Shown: positions 30,409-39,554, counted from the first letter of the stretch. The stretch: DNA of 64,000 nucleotides from an uncultured Acidobacteriota bacterium (GCA_963798215.1 CAWCSP010000005.1:259539-323538); one strand, 5' to 3'. Notes: generated by a model from the letters alone, not told the origin. Numbers and translations: made by a program.

Positions 30409-31579
30409 GCAGCGCCTCGGCGAGGAGGTCCGCGAGGGCGACGTACTGCTCTTCCGTGTTGTAGAGCTGGGCGGACAGCCGGACGAGCATCGCGCCGTCC
30501 GAGGGCGACGGATGAAACCAGCTCTCGACGCCGCGGGCGCGCATCAGATCGCCCAGGGCCTCGCGGTCGAGGCCGAAGAGGGGAGATTCCTTCGAAGGTG
30601 TCGGAAGGAACGCCGCCGCCATCGACCCCACCATCGCGGAAGGACACGCCGCTGTCCCCCCTAGTCTTTCCAGGAAAATCCCCCGGGCGCGAAGCGCCAA
30701 CTCTCGGTTCGTCTCCATCAACGCGGGCCACCCTCCCGGCACGAGGCCGCCGAGGTACTCGATGCAGAACGGGATCGTCAGCGCGGGCGTCGGGTCGATC
30801 GTCCCCGTCCAGTCGAACTCGTCGCGGAAGCGCGGCTCGCCGCCGGCGTAGCCGTGGCTGATCGTCACGGGGTGGAGGCCCTTCTGCCGGTCGCGCCTCA
30901 CGTGCAGAAACGCCGCGCCCTTCGGCGCGCAGAGCCACTTGTGCGCGTTGCCCGTGTAGTACGCGGCGCCGAGGCGCGAAAGGTGAAGCGGCAGCATCCC
31001 TAGCGCGTGCGCGCCGTCCACGAGCGTGTCCACGCCGCGCGCGGACAGCTCCGCGACGAGCTTCTCGATCGGGAAGACGAGCGCCGTCGGGCTCGTGACG
31101 TGGTCCAGCATCGCGAGGCGCGTGCGCGGCGTCACGGCCGAGAGCACGGACGAGACGACCTCGTCCTCGGAGCGAAGCGGGAAGGGGACGGCGGCGACCG
31201 TCACCCGTGCGCCCGTCCGCGACGCCACGTAGTCCAGCGTCTTCTTGCACGCGCCGTACGCGTGGTCCGTCGTGAGGATCTCGTCGCCGGGCGCGAACGT
31301 TCGCGAGCGGACGACCGCGTTGACGCCCGTCGTCGCGTTCGGGACGAACGCGAGGTCGTCCGGGTCGGCGCCGACGAACTTCCCGAGCGCGGCGCGAGCC
31401 TCGGCGTAGAGCGCGGGCGCCTCGCGGACGAGGAAGTCCACGGGTTCCTTCTCCAGCCGCGCGCGCAGCTCGGATTGCTTCTCGAGGATCGCCGCCGGGC
31501 ACGCCCCGAACGACCCGTGGTTCAGGTACGCGACGGCCGGGTCGAGGGGCCAGAGACGAGCGAGCGTTCCGTGCATCAC
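30398..31579 (-). CDS. Class V aminotransferase (isopenicillin-N epimerase / cysteine desulfurase-like)
   Basis: YLNHGSFG, DGAHALG, and GNAHKWLCAPKG (PLP lysine). Confidence 0.8.
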   Translation of the reverse strand: MMHGTLARLWPLDPAVAYLNHGSFGACPAAILEKQSELRARLEKEPVDFLVREAPALYAEARAALGKFVGADPDDLAFVPNATTGVNAVVRSRTFAPGDEILTTDHAYGACKKTLDYVASRTGARVTVAAVPFPLRSEDEVVSSVLSAVTPRTRLAMLDHVTSPTALVFPIEKLVAELSARGVDTLVDGAHALGMLPLHLSRLGAAYYTGNAHKWLCAPKGAAFLHVRRDRQKGLHPVTISHGYAGGEPRFRDEFDWTGTIDPTPALTIPFCIEYLGGLVPGGWPALMETNRELALRARGIFLERLGGTAACPSAMVGSMAAAFLPTPSKESPLFGLDREALGDLMRARGVESWFHPSPSDGAMLVRLSAQLYNTEEQYVALADLLAEALREG

Positions 31580-31711
31580 CCTGTGGTACCTAACTCCGAC
31601 GGTTGAAGGCCAATGTTACTTTCGGCCGCGAAAGTATCACTGCGCCCCAAAGCCCCATCTCGACCAGGAATCCGGACTGCTGTCGCAGAATGGGCCTCCC
31701 CGGGAGGCCCC

Positions 31712-32623
31712 ATGCGGAAGACCCTCGCCCTCCTCGCTCTCGTCCTCGCCGCATCGGCCCTCGCGCCCGCGGCCCCGGGAGCCGACATGCTCGTCTCCAC
31801 GGACTGGCTCCTCGCGCACCAGCGCGACAAGAACCTCGTCCTCCTCCACGTGGGCGAGCCGGCCGAATTCGAGAAAGAGCACATCCCCCGCGCGATCCTC
31901 GTCACGCCGCAGGACCTCTCGATCCCGAGGTCCGAGAGCGCGCTCATCCTCCAGTTGCTGCCGCCCGACCGGCTGAGGGCGAAGCTGGAGAGCTACGGCA
32001 TCTCCGACGACTCGCGCGTCGTCGTCTACTTCGCGAAGGACTGGGTTTCGCCCACGACGCGCGTCTGGTTCAGCCTCGACGCGGCCGGCCTCGGCGACAA
32101 CACGTCCATCCTCGACGGCGGCATGCCCGCCTGGCAGGACGCGGGCGGCATCGTCACGTCGTCGGACGGCGACGCCGCGCTCGTGCGGGACCGCAAGCCG
32201 GGGAAGATCACCGCGAAACCGCGCCCCGAGCTCGTCGCGCCGCTCGACTTCGTCAGGGCGAACCTGAAGACGAAAGGCGTCGCGATCGTCGACGCGCGCG
32301 AACCGAGGTTCTACGACGGCGTGGACGCCGGCGGCATGCCGCGCGCGGGCCACATCCCGGGCGCGAAGTCGCTGCCGTTCGTCACGCTCCTCGCCGACGA
32401 CAACCGCATGCTGAGCCCCGCCGAGACCGCGAAAGTGATGGCGGACGCGGGCATCAAGCCGGGCGACACGGTCGTCAGCTACTGCCACATCGGCCAGCAG
32501 GCCACCGTCGTGACCTTCGCCGCGATGCGCCTCGGCTACAAGGCGCTCCTCTACGACGGCTCGTGGGACGAGTGGAGCCGCAAGCCCGAGCTGCCGGTCG
32601 AGAAGAGCGCGCCGAAGCCCTAG
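31712..32623 (+). CDS. Exported tandem-rhodanese sulfurtransferase
   Basis: Signal peptide MRKTLALLALVLAASALAPA, two rhodanese domains, active-site loop YCHIGQQAT. Confidence 0.8.
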   Translation: MRKTLALLALVLAASALAPAAPGADMLVSTDWLLAHQRDKNLVLLHVGEPAEFEKEHIPRAILVTPQDLSIPRSESALILQLLPPDRLRAKLESYGISDDSRVVVYFAKDWVSPTTRVWFSLDAAGLGDNTSILDGGMPAWQDAGGIVTSSDGDAALVRDRKPGKITAKPRPELVAPLDFVRANLKTKGVAIVDAREPRFYDGVDAGGMPRAGHIPGAKSLPFVTLLADDNRMLSPAETAKVMADAGIKPGDTVVSYCHIGQQATVVTFAAMRLGYKALLYDGSWDEWSRKPELPVEKSAPKP

Positions 32624-32625
32624 CT

Positions 32626-33030
32626 TTACTTCGCGGGCACCGTCAGCGGCTTGCCCTTCTCGGCCACGAAGACCGCCGCGATCTTCGCCGGCGTCGTGCC
32701 GACGTTGACGGCCTCGTGCCACTTGCCGGGCTTGTACGTGAAGTGGTCGCCCGCCTTCAGCGTCACCTTCGCGGCGCCCTCGTTCTCGAGCGTGATCGTG
32801 CCTTCGACGACGAACGCGAACACCTGGGCGCTGTGCGTGTGCCTGCCCTCGGCCGCGCCGGGCGGGATGTCCACCCACACCATCACCGCCTCGCGGTCGG
32901 TGCATCCCGCGAGATCGGTCTTCGAGACGACGTTCCTCTTGATGGCCGGCGGCTGCTGGGCGGCGAGGGAGAGGCCCAGGGCGAGCGCGACGGCTGCGGC
33001 GGCGAACACGCGGAATCCACGAAGCGTCAT
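32626..33030 (-). CDS. Exported cupin-domain protein
   Basis: Signal peptide, then the cupin motif PGAAEGRHTHSAQVFAFVVEGTITL...GDHFTYKPGKWHEAVN. Confidence 0.75.
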   Translation of the reverse strand: MTLRGFRVFAAAAVALALGLSLAAQQPPAIKRNVVSKTDLAGCTDREAVMVWVDIPPGAAEGRHTHSAQVFAFVVEGTITLENEGAAKVTLKAGDHFTYKPGKWHEAVNVGTTPAKIAAVFVAEKGKPLTVPAK

Positions 33031-33152
33031 GGCGGCCTCCTTGTTTCTTGCGATGCCGTCTCACTCTATCGCGCGGCGCCCTGCGCGCAAAGCCCGCGGC
33101 GCGCGGCGCACGGACGCCACCTGTCCGCCTGAGGCCCTAGATTCACGGGACC

Positions 33153-33539
33153 ATGGTCGAGCTCGTCGATCTCGTCGCCCTTCGCCCCATCCGCCGCAAG
33201 GACGGCACGAAGGCCGTCCGGATGGCCGACGGAACGCTGCTGGAAGTCGTCCCCGTGAAGTTCCTGTGCGGCCAGCGGCCCGACGGAACCTGGATGGGCG
33301 AGGGCCACCCGATGTACCTCTGGCGAATGGGCTTCGTCGTCGCGCTCCTCTACGCGGGCTACGCGGTCACCGCGGCCGAGAACCACGTCCTCACCGTGAC
33401 GAAGGTGGCGGACCTTCCGGCGGGCACGACGACGCTCTCGAAGCAACGCCTCCTCGCCGAGGCCATCAACGCGCGCGTCGCGCTCGACAAGGCGATGGCA
33501 CGGAAACCAACCGTACCGGTCACGTCGCAGGCGTCGTAA
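33153..33539 (+). CDS. Hypothetical protein
   Basis: 128-aa ORF with a balanced composition and one hydrophobic segment (MGFVVALLYAGYAVTAA). No recognisable domain. Confidence 0.4.
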   Translation: MVELVDLVALRPIRRKDGTKAVRMADGTLLEVVPVKFLCGQRPDGTWMGEGHPMYLWRMGFVVALLYAGYAVTAAENHVLTVTKVADLPAGTTTLSKQRLLAEAINARVALDKAMARKPTVPVTSQAS

Positions 33540-33756
33540 TGTTTTGTCGGCACATGGGTTGCACCATCGTGGGCGGAGGCATGAAATGCCCAACACGAAC
33601 GTCCCCGAGAAGAAAATGCCCGTTCCGCCCGTTCCGCCCGCCCAGCCCATGAAGGCCGCTCCGGCTCAACCCGTGAAGGCCACGCCGATGGCGCCGCCCG
33701 CCCCTGCCGTCAAACCGCCGGCCCCGACGCACAAGTAGGCGTCTCGCCCTTTCGGT

Positions 33757-34026
33757 TCAAGGCCGCCGCGTTCGTCGCGGCGGCTTCTCGGCGCCGGCGC
33801 GTCGCGCACGCAAACGCGGCCGGTCGAAATCCTCGCCGCAGGCGTTGCAGTGCTTTCGTGGATCGTCTTCCCCGACGCAGCAGCCGCCCAGCGCGATCAA
33901 CCCGTTTTCAGCGGCGTCCATCGCCTCGGGCATCGGGTAGCCGTAGAGGATCGGGACGACGTCGCGGCTGCCGCACTTCGGGCAGGGCTTCGTCTTGACC
34001 ACCCTTCGGAGTTTCTTCCGGCTCAT
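33757..34026 (-). CDS. Small zinc-ribbon protein
   Basis: CPKCGS...CNACG pairs. ATG 34026 is preceded by AGGAGAGAG. The longer ORF-track start was rejected. Confidence 0.5.
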   Translation of the reverse strand: MSRKKLRRVVKTKPCPKCGSRDVVPILYGYPMPEAMDAAENGLIALGGCCVGEDDPRKHCNACGEDFDRPRLRARRAGAEKPPRRTRRP

Positions 34027-34127
34027 GAATCTCTCTCCTTGCGCCCAATGTGAATCACACAGTGGGACAGGCACTGTCCGAGTGCGGCACGACACGCCGG
34101 GGACGGGCATGGCGGATAATCAGAGCG

Positions 34128-34442
34128 ATGGAAGCTCTAAATACTGAGCTCGCGCGCGAAGAAGTCCTCGCCACGCTGGCGCGCCAGCGCGACGCTCTCC
34201 GCGCGTTCGGTGTCCGGCACCTCTCACTTTTCGGTTCCGTTGCCCGGGGCGCCGGCAGCGACCGCAGCGACCTCGACTTCCTCGTCGACTTCGACCGCAA
34301 GACCTTCCGCAACTACATGGGCCTGCTCGCGTTCCTCGAGAACCTGTTCGGCCGCAAGGTCGACCTCGTGGTTCGCGAAGGGCTCAAGCCCCGCCTGAGA
34401 GACGCGATCCTGCGGGACGCTGCGGATGTCCCGGGACTTTAG
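34128..34442 (+). CDS. MNT nucleotidyltransferase antitoxin (type VII HEPN/MNT)
   Basis: LFGSVARGAGSDRSDLDFLVDF (GSxxRG...DxD). 17-nt overlap with the downstream HEPN gene. Confidence 0.85.
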   Translation: MEALNTELAREEVLATLARQRDALRAFGVRHLSLFGSVARGAGSDRSDLDFLVDFDRKTFRNYMGLLAFLENLFGRKVDLVVREGLKPRLRDAILRDAADVPGL

Positions 34443-34770
34443 GCTCTACCTCGAGGACATCCTCGTCAGCGTCGAGGCGACCCATTCCTATCTCGAGGGC
34501 GCCAACCGCAAGACCCTCGACTCCGACGGCAAGACGCGCGATGCGGTGATCCGATGCCTCGAAGTGATCGGTGAGGCGGTCAAGCGCCTGCCGCCGGAGA
34601 TCCTCGAAACGCACCCGGACGTCGACTGGGCCGGATTCGCCCGGATGAGGGACATCCTCACGCACCAGTACTTCGGCGTGGACCTGGACATCGTCTGGGA
34701 TGCGGCTACACGCGAGGTCCCGCTCCTTGGTGCGAGGGTTCGCACGATGCTCGACGACGGGCAACCGTAG
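34426..34770 (+). CDS. HepT-like HEPN (DUF86) toxin
   Basis: Rx4HxY motif RMRDILTHQYFGVD. Confidence 0.85.
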   Translation: MSRDFRLYLEDILVSVEATHSYLEGANRKTLDSDGKTRDAVIRCLEVIGEAVKRLPPEILETHPDVDWAGFARMRDILTHQYFGVDLDIVWDAATREVPLLGARVRTMLDDGQP

Positions 34771-34786
34771 GCGCGCGCGGCGGCCT

Positions 34787-35647
34787 TCACGGCATGGTGC
34801 CGTGGTCCCTGCACAGCTCCCCGCACCGCTCCGCGGCGAGGGCGAGCAGCGTCTTCACGAGCGAGCGCGTGTCCTCGAAGCCGGCCGACTTCGCACCGGT
34901 CGCCTCGTCCATGTAGAGGTCGCGCCGCAGCTCGACCATCAGCGACCGCACGCGCGCGTCGCGCCCGAGGAACCGAGCCGGGACGAGGCTTCCGGCGAAC
35001 GGGGTGTTGACCGCCACGTCGAGGCCCGCCGCCCGGATGCAGCCGAACCAGCGGCCGAACAGCGTCGTGTCGGCGTGGAAGTCGTCGAAGCCGATGCAGA
35101 CCGCCGGCCGGGCCAGGCCGGGGTTTTCGTAACGGAGGGGCTTCTTCGGGTACGAGTGCAGGTCGACGACCAGGCAGCCGCCGTACTCGTCCAGGCGCCG
35201 CCCCACGATCTCCTCGAGCGAGCGGTGGTACGGCCGGTAGAGGGAGGCCATCAGCGTCTCGCGCTCCTCGGCGCCGAAGTCGAACCGGCGCAGCGGAGAT
35301 CCGTCCTGCCGCGACACGTAAACGGCGCCCATTCCGTGCCGGGCCATCGGCTCTTCGGAATCCTCGGGAAAGCGCTCGGGGTCCATCACGAGGCGGCTCA
35401 CGCGGTTCACGAACATCGTTCCGCCCAGCTCCGTCGCCGCCGCGCCGAGCTCGTCGACGTAGCGATCCGTCATCAGGCGCAGCTCGGTGGCGAGGCCCCT
35501 GTCGTTGACGGCGAAACTCGTGCGGTACTTCGGCGGAATGGCGGTCGACGCATGGGGCACGTGCACGATCAACGGCAAGGACAGCGGCGTTGACGGAGGC
35601 CGGATCTCGAAATAAGGCGAACGCGGCCGCGCCGCGCAAGGGCTCAT
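34787..35647 (-). CDS. N-formylglutamate amidohydrolase family protein
   Basis: IVHVPHAS, NRVSRLVMDPER, VVDLHSYP. Start at ATG 35647 (MSPCAARP...). Confidence 0.8.
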   Translation of the reverse strand: MSPCAARPRSPYFEIRPPSTPLSLPLIVHVPHASTAIPPKYRTSFAVNDRGLATELRLMTDRYVDELGAAATELGGTMFVNRVSRLVMDPERFPEDSEEPMARHGMGAVYVSRQDGSPLRRFDFGAEERETLMASLYRPYHRSLEEIVGRRLDEYGGCLVVDLHSYPKKPLRYENPGLARPAVCIGFDDFHADTTLFGRWFGCIRAAGLDVAVNTPFAGSLVPARFLGRDARVRSLMVELRRDLYMDEATGAKSAGFEDTRSLVKTLLALAAERCGELCRDHGTMP

Positions 35648-36057
35648 CGGCCCCTCGTCTTCAGCACCCCCACGGCCACGAGAGCGGCCCCCAGCACGAG
35701 CGCCGCCCAGACGTCGAGCGCCGGCACGGACGGCGGGGCGCCGGCGCCGTCGAGGGCCATGCACGGCAGGCACACCACGGTGCCGTCCGGCTGCGCCCAG
35801 GGGCACGTGTCGAGTGGGCAGGGTGCGGAAACGTTCGGAACCGCGACGAGCGTGTTCAATGTTGTCCTCGATTCGTCCGAAACGTGTGGCTCTCCCGTGG
35901 ACGTTTCATGTCCGTGCGGGCCACGCGCGGCATCCGGCCGCACGGACACCCTCTGTCCCGGCGAGGAGGAACTGATCCTTCGGCTCGGACGGATGGACGC
36001 GGGCGGCGACGACCCCCTTCGCGTGCCGTGGACACCCGATGTCCGGGTTCCGGACAC
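35644..36057 (-). CDS. Possible small Cys-rich protein with IPTL-CTERM-like tail (start unresolved; TTG at 35859 gives 71 aa)
   Basis: C-terminus is PPSVPALDVWAALVLGAALVAVGVLKTRGR, preceded by CPLDTCPW...VVCLPC. Its stop overlaps the downstream ATG (ATGA). No signal peptide is visible. Confidence 0.3.
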   Translation of the reverse strand: MSGTRTSGVHGTRRGSSPPASIRPSRRISSSSPGQRVSVRPDAARGPHGHETSTGEPHVSDESRTTLNTLVAVPNVSAPCPLDTCPWAQPDGTVVCLPCMALDGAGAPPSVPALDVWAALVLGAALVAVGVLKTRGR

Positions 36058-36506
36058 ACGTTCGGAGGGTGAATACCGACCGAATCTCCCGCGTCTTCGC
36101 CAGCACCTTCAGCCGCTGGAAACTCCGCATCCCCAGGGAAGACCTTGAACGCGAGAAGTCCGGCTTCATCCAGAAGGAAGGCTGGCTCGTGCAGTACTGC
36201 TTCGGGTGCGACGAAAAGGGCGGTTATCTCGACTACTACGCAGCCCACCGGATGACGAGCGACGATCACATCCGCATCCGCGAGAACGGCAGCCAGGAGA
36301 GCCTGCCGGCGATGGTCGAGTTCTGCGTGATCCCCGAGGGCGGCGACGACGGCGAGGCCCGGAAGAAGTTCTACGAGGCGAACCGCCAGGTCGCCGAGAT
36401 GCTCGTCGCGAAGGGCTTCGACAAGTTCACGATCAACATGGCGCTCGTGGCCGGCCTCGCCGATCTCTCCGAGAAGGACGGGTCGATGCCTTGCGCCGCC
36501 CCGTGA
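36039..36506 (+). CDS. Hypothetical protein
   Basis: 155-aa ORF with protein-like composition (GWLVQYCFGCDEKGGYLDYYAAHRM...). No domain recognised. Confidence 0.4.
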   Translation: MSGFRTHVRRVNTDRISRVFASTFSRWKLRIPREDLEREKSGFIQKEGWLVQYCFGCDEKGGYLDYYAAHRMTSDDHIRIRENGSQESLPAMVEFCVIPEGGDDGEARKKFYEANRQVAEMLVAKGFDKFTINMALVAGLADLSEKDGSMPCAAP

Positions 36507-36525
36507 GTCAGTATTTAATACATAC

Positions 36526-36771
36526 ATGAAAAGGAAACTCGTCCAGGCCGGCAATTCACTCGCCGTCACGCTCCCCGCCGAGGTCGTCCACGCCTTCGGC
36601 CTGGAAAAAGGCCAGGAGGTGGACGTCACCGTTCACCCCGTCAGTGGCGCGGTGACCGTGCGCGCCGGAGCGGCACACTACGAGAACGGAGAGGTCACGC
36701 CCCGGTTCCGCCGGAAGGTCGCCTCACTCCTGAAGACGCGCGCCGGGGTTTACCGGGCCCTCGCGAAGTGA
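36526..36771 (+). CDS. AbrB/MazE-fold antitoxin (Phd-like partner of Doc)
   Basis: KLVQAGNSLAVTLPAEVVHAFGLEKGQEVDV swapped-hairpin motif. 4-nt overlap with the doc gene. Confidence 0.8.
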   Translation: MKRKLVQAGNSLAVTLPAEVVHAFGLEKGQEVDVTVHPVSGAVTVRAGAAHYENGEVTPRFRRKVASLLKTRAGVYRALAK

Positions 36772-37160
36772 TCGTCACCCTTTCAGCGGCGCAGCTCGCC
36801 GCCCTTCACAGCGAGCTGATGAAAGCCTTCGGCGGACGCGGGGGCGTGCGCGACCGCGGCGCCCTCGAAGCGGCCGCCGCGCGGCCGGGGATGACGTTCG
36901 ACGGAGAGGATCTCTACCCGGACCTCGCTGCGAAGGCCGCGGCGCTCATGCACTCGCTCGTCCTCGACCATCCGTTCGTCGACGGAAACAAGCGCGTCGG
37001 AGCGGCCGCGGCCGAGCTCGTCGTGGAAATCAACGGCTACCGCCTGAGGGCGGACGACCCGGACCTCGAGAGGGTCGCGTTCTCCGCGGCGAAGGGCGAA
37101 CTGTCCGCCGAGGCGCTCGCGATCTGGTTTCGCCAGAGGCTCGAGCCCGTGCAGGAGTAG
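36768..37160 (+). CDS. doc: Doc/Fic-family toxin (death on curing)
   Basis: Fic motif HPFVDGNKRVGAAAA. Confidence 0.88.
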   Translation: MIVTLSAAQLAALHSELMKAFGGRGGVRDRGALEAAAARPGMTFDGEDLYPDLAAKAAALMHSLVLDHPFVDGNKRVGAAAAELVVEINGYRLRADDPDLERVAFSAAKGELSAEALAIWFRQRLEPVQE

Positions 37161-37196
37161 CGTCCGCGCGCCCGGCGGCGCCGGCCATCCTTCCGT

Positions 37197-37857
37197 ATGA
37201 TGGCCTCCGTGTCGTACGTCGAGAAGAACCTCGCCGCGGGAGAAGAGATCCTCCTGCAGGCCGCGCTACCACTGGGTGAGGTTCGTGCCCGGCGCGTCGG
37301 TCGCCGTGCTCGGCGTCGTCCTGGCGGCGGCGTGCGCCCTGCTCGTCCCGGCCGAAGGCACGGAGCCCGCCCTGAGATCCGGGCTAATGCTCGTCGCCGG
37401 CGCCCTCGTCCTTGCCGGCATTCTCGCCATGGCGTGGCGCTGGCTCGTCGACTCCTTCGACGAGTTCGCCATCACGACCTTCCGCGTCATCCGCAAGAGC
37501 GGGTTCGTGACGCGCGACGTGCGCCAGATCCCGCTCGAGAAGGTGCAGGACGTCAACGTCCGCTCGACGCTCGGCGGCCGCTGGCTCTCGTACGGTGACG
37601 TCGAGCTGCAGGGCGCCGGCAGCGACAGCACGGTCGTCTTCCCGCGCATCCTCCACCCCGAGGAGTTCCGCAACGTCCTGATCACGCACACCCGCCCCGG
37701 CGGGAACGACGGCCTTGGCGGCCGCAGCGCGGCCGCTGCGCCGACGCGCGCCTCGGTCGAGGAGCGGCTGAAGGAAGCCGAGCGCCTCCACAAGGCGGGC
37801 GTCCTCTCCGACGCGGAATACCAGGAAAAGCGCCAGGCTCTGATCAAGGAGCTTTGA
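37197..37857 (+). pseudogene. Membrane bPH_2 (YdbT-like) domain protein with C-terminal SHOCT, frame broken once
   Basis: MMASVSYVEKNLAAGEEILLQA (frame 0) continues as RYHWVRFVPGA... in frame +1 at about 37259-37264. Then two TM segments, a PH-like core FRVIRKSGFVTRDVRQIPLEKVQDV, and SHOCT (GVLSDAEYQEKRQALI). Confidence 0.7.
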
Positions 37858-37889
37858 GGCGGACGTTCCCACGCGGGAACCGACGCTCC

Positions 37890-37908
37890 CCGGACATCCC
37901 CTGTCCGG
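37890..37908. promoter_or_regulatory. Perfect inverted repeat CCGGACA-N5-TGTCCGG upstream of the WYL regulator
   Basis: Read directly from the sequence. 118 nt upstream of the WYL gene start, in a 168-nt intergenic region. Confidence 0.35.
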
Positions 37909-37986
37909 GCATCGCCCCGACCTTTCCAGCACGGCGCGTAACGCCACTTTTCGTCTAATGCATTTGCATAAACGCTGACACTTCTC

Positions 37987-38007
37987 GGACACGCCCTGTC
38001 CGTGTCC
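37987..38007. promoter_or_regulatory. Perfect inverted repeat GGACACG-N7-CGTGTCC (candidate operator)
   Basis: Lies 19 nt upstream of the WYL gene start. An extra GTGTCC half-site follows at 38008-38013. Shares the GGACA/TGTCC core with the 37890 repeat. Confidence 0.4.
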
Positions 38008-38025
38008 GTGTCCTAACTGATGTAA

Positions 38026-39048
38026 ATGCCCGATAACGCGCTGGTAGGGGAATTGCAATCGTCCGATGACCTCATGCCCTTCAACGACCGGCCGTACTTC
38101 CGTAGGCTGCTGGACTTCGACGACCTCGTGCGTCGGGGGCGACCCGTCACGTGCGAGTCGCTGGCCGCGCGCTGGGAGACGTCCGGCAAGACCGTCCAGC
38201 GCTTCGTCGACCAGATCCGCACGGACTTTCAAGCCCCGGTCGTCTTCGACCGCAAGAAGCACTCCTTCGTCTACGAGGACCCCGACTGGCGCTTCCCGTT
38301 CCTCGACGTCTCCGGCGCCGACCTCTTCGCCATCGGCGTCGCAATGAAGGTCTTCCAGATCTACGAGGGCACGCCCGTCCTCAAGGACCTCAAGTCCGCG
38401 TTCGACCGCATCGCCCGCATGCTGCCGGAGTCGGTCCGCATCCAGCCGTCGTCGCTCGTCGAGAAGCTCTGGGTCCACCCGCAGCCCGTGCGCGCCATCG
38501 AGAAGGACGTCTGGGCCGCCGTGGCGAACGCTCTCAGGGAAAAGACGCAGCTCGACATCGACTACCGGAAGCCCACGGGCGACGCCTCGCGCCGCCTCGT
38601 CGAGCCGCTCGTCCTCGTCCACATGAACTGGGACTGGTTCCTCGCCGCGCGCGACCCCGACGACGGCCTCACGAAGACCTTCTACCTCGCCCGCATCAAG
38701 GGCGCGAAGAACACGAACTTCCACTTCACGCCGCCGAAGGACTTCGACGCCGCGAAGCACTTCGGCGACTCCATCGGCCTCTACGTCGGCGGCAAGCCCT
38801 TCCGCTTCAAGGTCAGGGTCGCCAAGGAGATCGCCCCCTGGATCACCGAGGTGCGCTGGCACCCCGCGCAGAAGCTCGAGGCCCTGAAGAACGGCGACGT
38901 CGTCCTCGACCTCCCGGCCGGCTCCCTCATCGAAGCCAAGCGCTTCGTGCTGTCGCTGGGGAGGTTCGGGAAGGCGCTGGGGCCGAAGGAGCTGGTGGGG
39001 GAGATGCGGGCGGAGATTCAGGCGATGCGGAAGGACTACGGGGCGTGA
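38026..39048 (+). CDS. HTH-WYL-WCX transcriptional regulator (BrxR/CapW-like)
   Basis: N-terminal wHTH (VTCESLAARWETSGKTVQRFVDQIR). WYL domain (LDIDYRKP...LVEPLVLVHMNWDWFLAARD...KTFYLARI). C-terminal extension. Confidence 0.85.
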   Translation: MPDNALVGELQSSDDLMPFNDRPYFRRLLDFDDLVRRGRPVTCESLAARWETSGKTVQRFVDQIRTDFQAPVVFDRKKHSFVYEDPDWRFPFLDVSGADLFAIGVAMKVFQIYEGTPVLKDLKSAFDRIARMLPESVRIQPSSLVEKLWVHPQPVRAIEKDVWAAVANALREKTQLDIDYRKPTGDASRRLVEPLVLVHMNWDWFLAARDPDDGLTKTFYLARIKGAKNTNFHFTPPKDFDAAKHFGDSIGLYVGGKPFRFKVRVAKEIAPWITEVRWHPAQKLEALKNGDVVLDLPAGSLIEAKRFVLSLGRFGKALGPKELVGEMRAEIQAMRKDYGA

Positions 39049-39105
39049 TGGCCTTCCGCGCGGCCCACTTTTTGACCCTGCCGGCGTTCCGGCCTACGAT
39101 TCGGC

Positions 39106-39315
39106 GTGATGAGCGAAGTGATCTTCCTCGTAGAAGACGCGCCGGAAGGCGGCTACACGGCCAGAGCCGTGGGAGCGCCGATCTTCACGCAGGCGCGAGA
39201 CCTCGATGAGCTTCAGGAGCGCGTGCGAGACGCGGTTCGCTGCCACTACGACGAGGGCTCTGCTCCGAAGCTCATCCGGCTGCACTTCGTCAAAGACGTC
39301 GTCATCGCTGCATGA
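39106..39315 (+). CDS. HicB-like antitoxin (N-terminal domain only)
   Basis: VIFLVEDAPEGGYTARAVGAPIFTQARDLDELQERVRDAV. 4-nt overlap with the hicA-like gene. Confidence 0.6.
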   Translation: MMSEVIFLVEDAPEGGYTARAVGAPIFTQARDLDELQERVRDAVRCHYDEGSAPKLIRLHFVKDVVIAA

Positions 39316-39554
39316 AGCTGCCGCGGGACCTGTCTGGTCTCGATCTGGCCAAGGCTCTCTCGCGAGTGGGCTACCGGGTCTCGCGTCAGACGGGAAGTCA
39401 CTTGAGGCTGACAAGCGACGGTCCGCCTCAGCACCACGTGACGATTCCCGCGCACGACCCGCTGAAGATCGGGACGCTCTCTGCGGTTCTCGCCGAAATC
39501 GCCGCGCAGCTGAAGACCAGCCGCGAGGAGTTGGCGACGAGACTCTTCTCCTAG
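39312..39554 (+). CDS. hicA: HicA-family mRNA interferase toxin
   Basis: LAKALSRVGYRVSRQTGSHLRL...HVTIPAHDPLKIGTLSAVL (GSH...P.H..l..GTL pattern). Confidence 0.65.
   Translation: MKLPRDLSGLDLAKALSRVGYRVSRQTGSHLRLTSDGPPQHHVTIPAHDPLKIGTLSAVLAEIAAQLKTSREELATRLFS

Noticed and set aside
33544-33738. 64-aa ORF encoding a Pro/Ala/Lys-rich peptide (MPNTNVPEKKMPVPPVPPAQP...).
   Set aside because: Low complexity, no domain, and a weak start context, so it cannot be supported as a gene. It might be a small secreted or anchoring peptide, but the evidence is insufficient.
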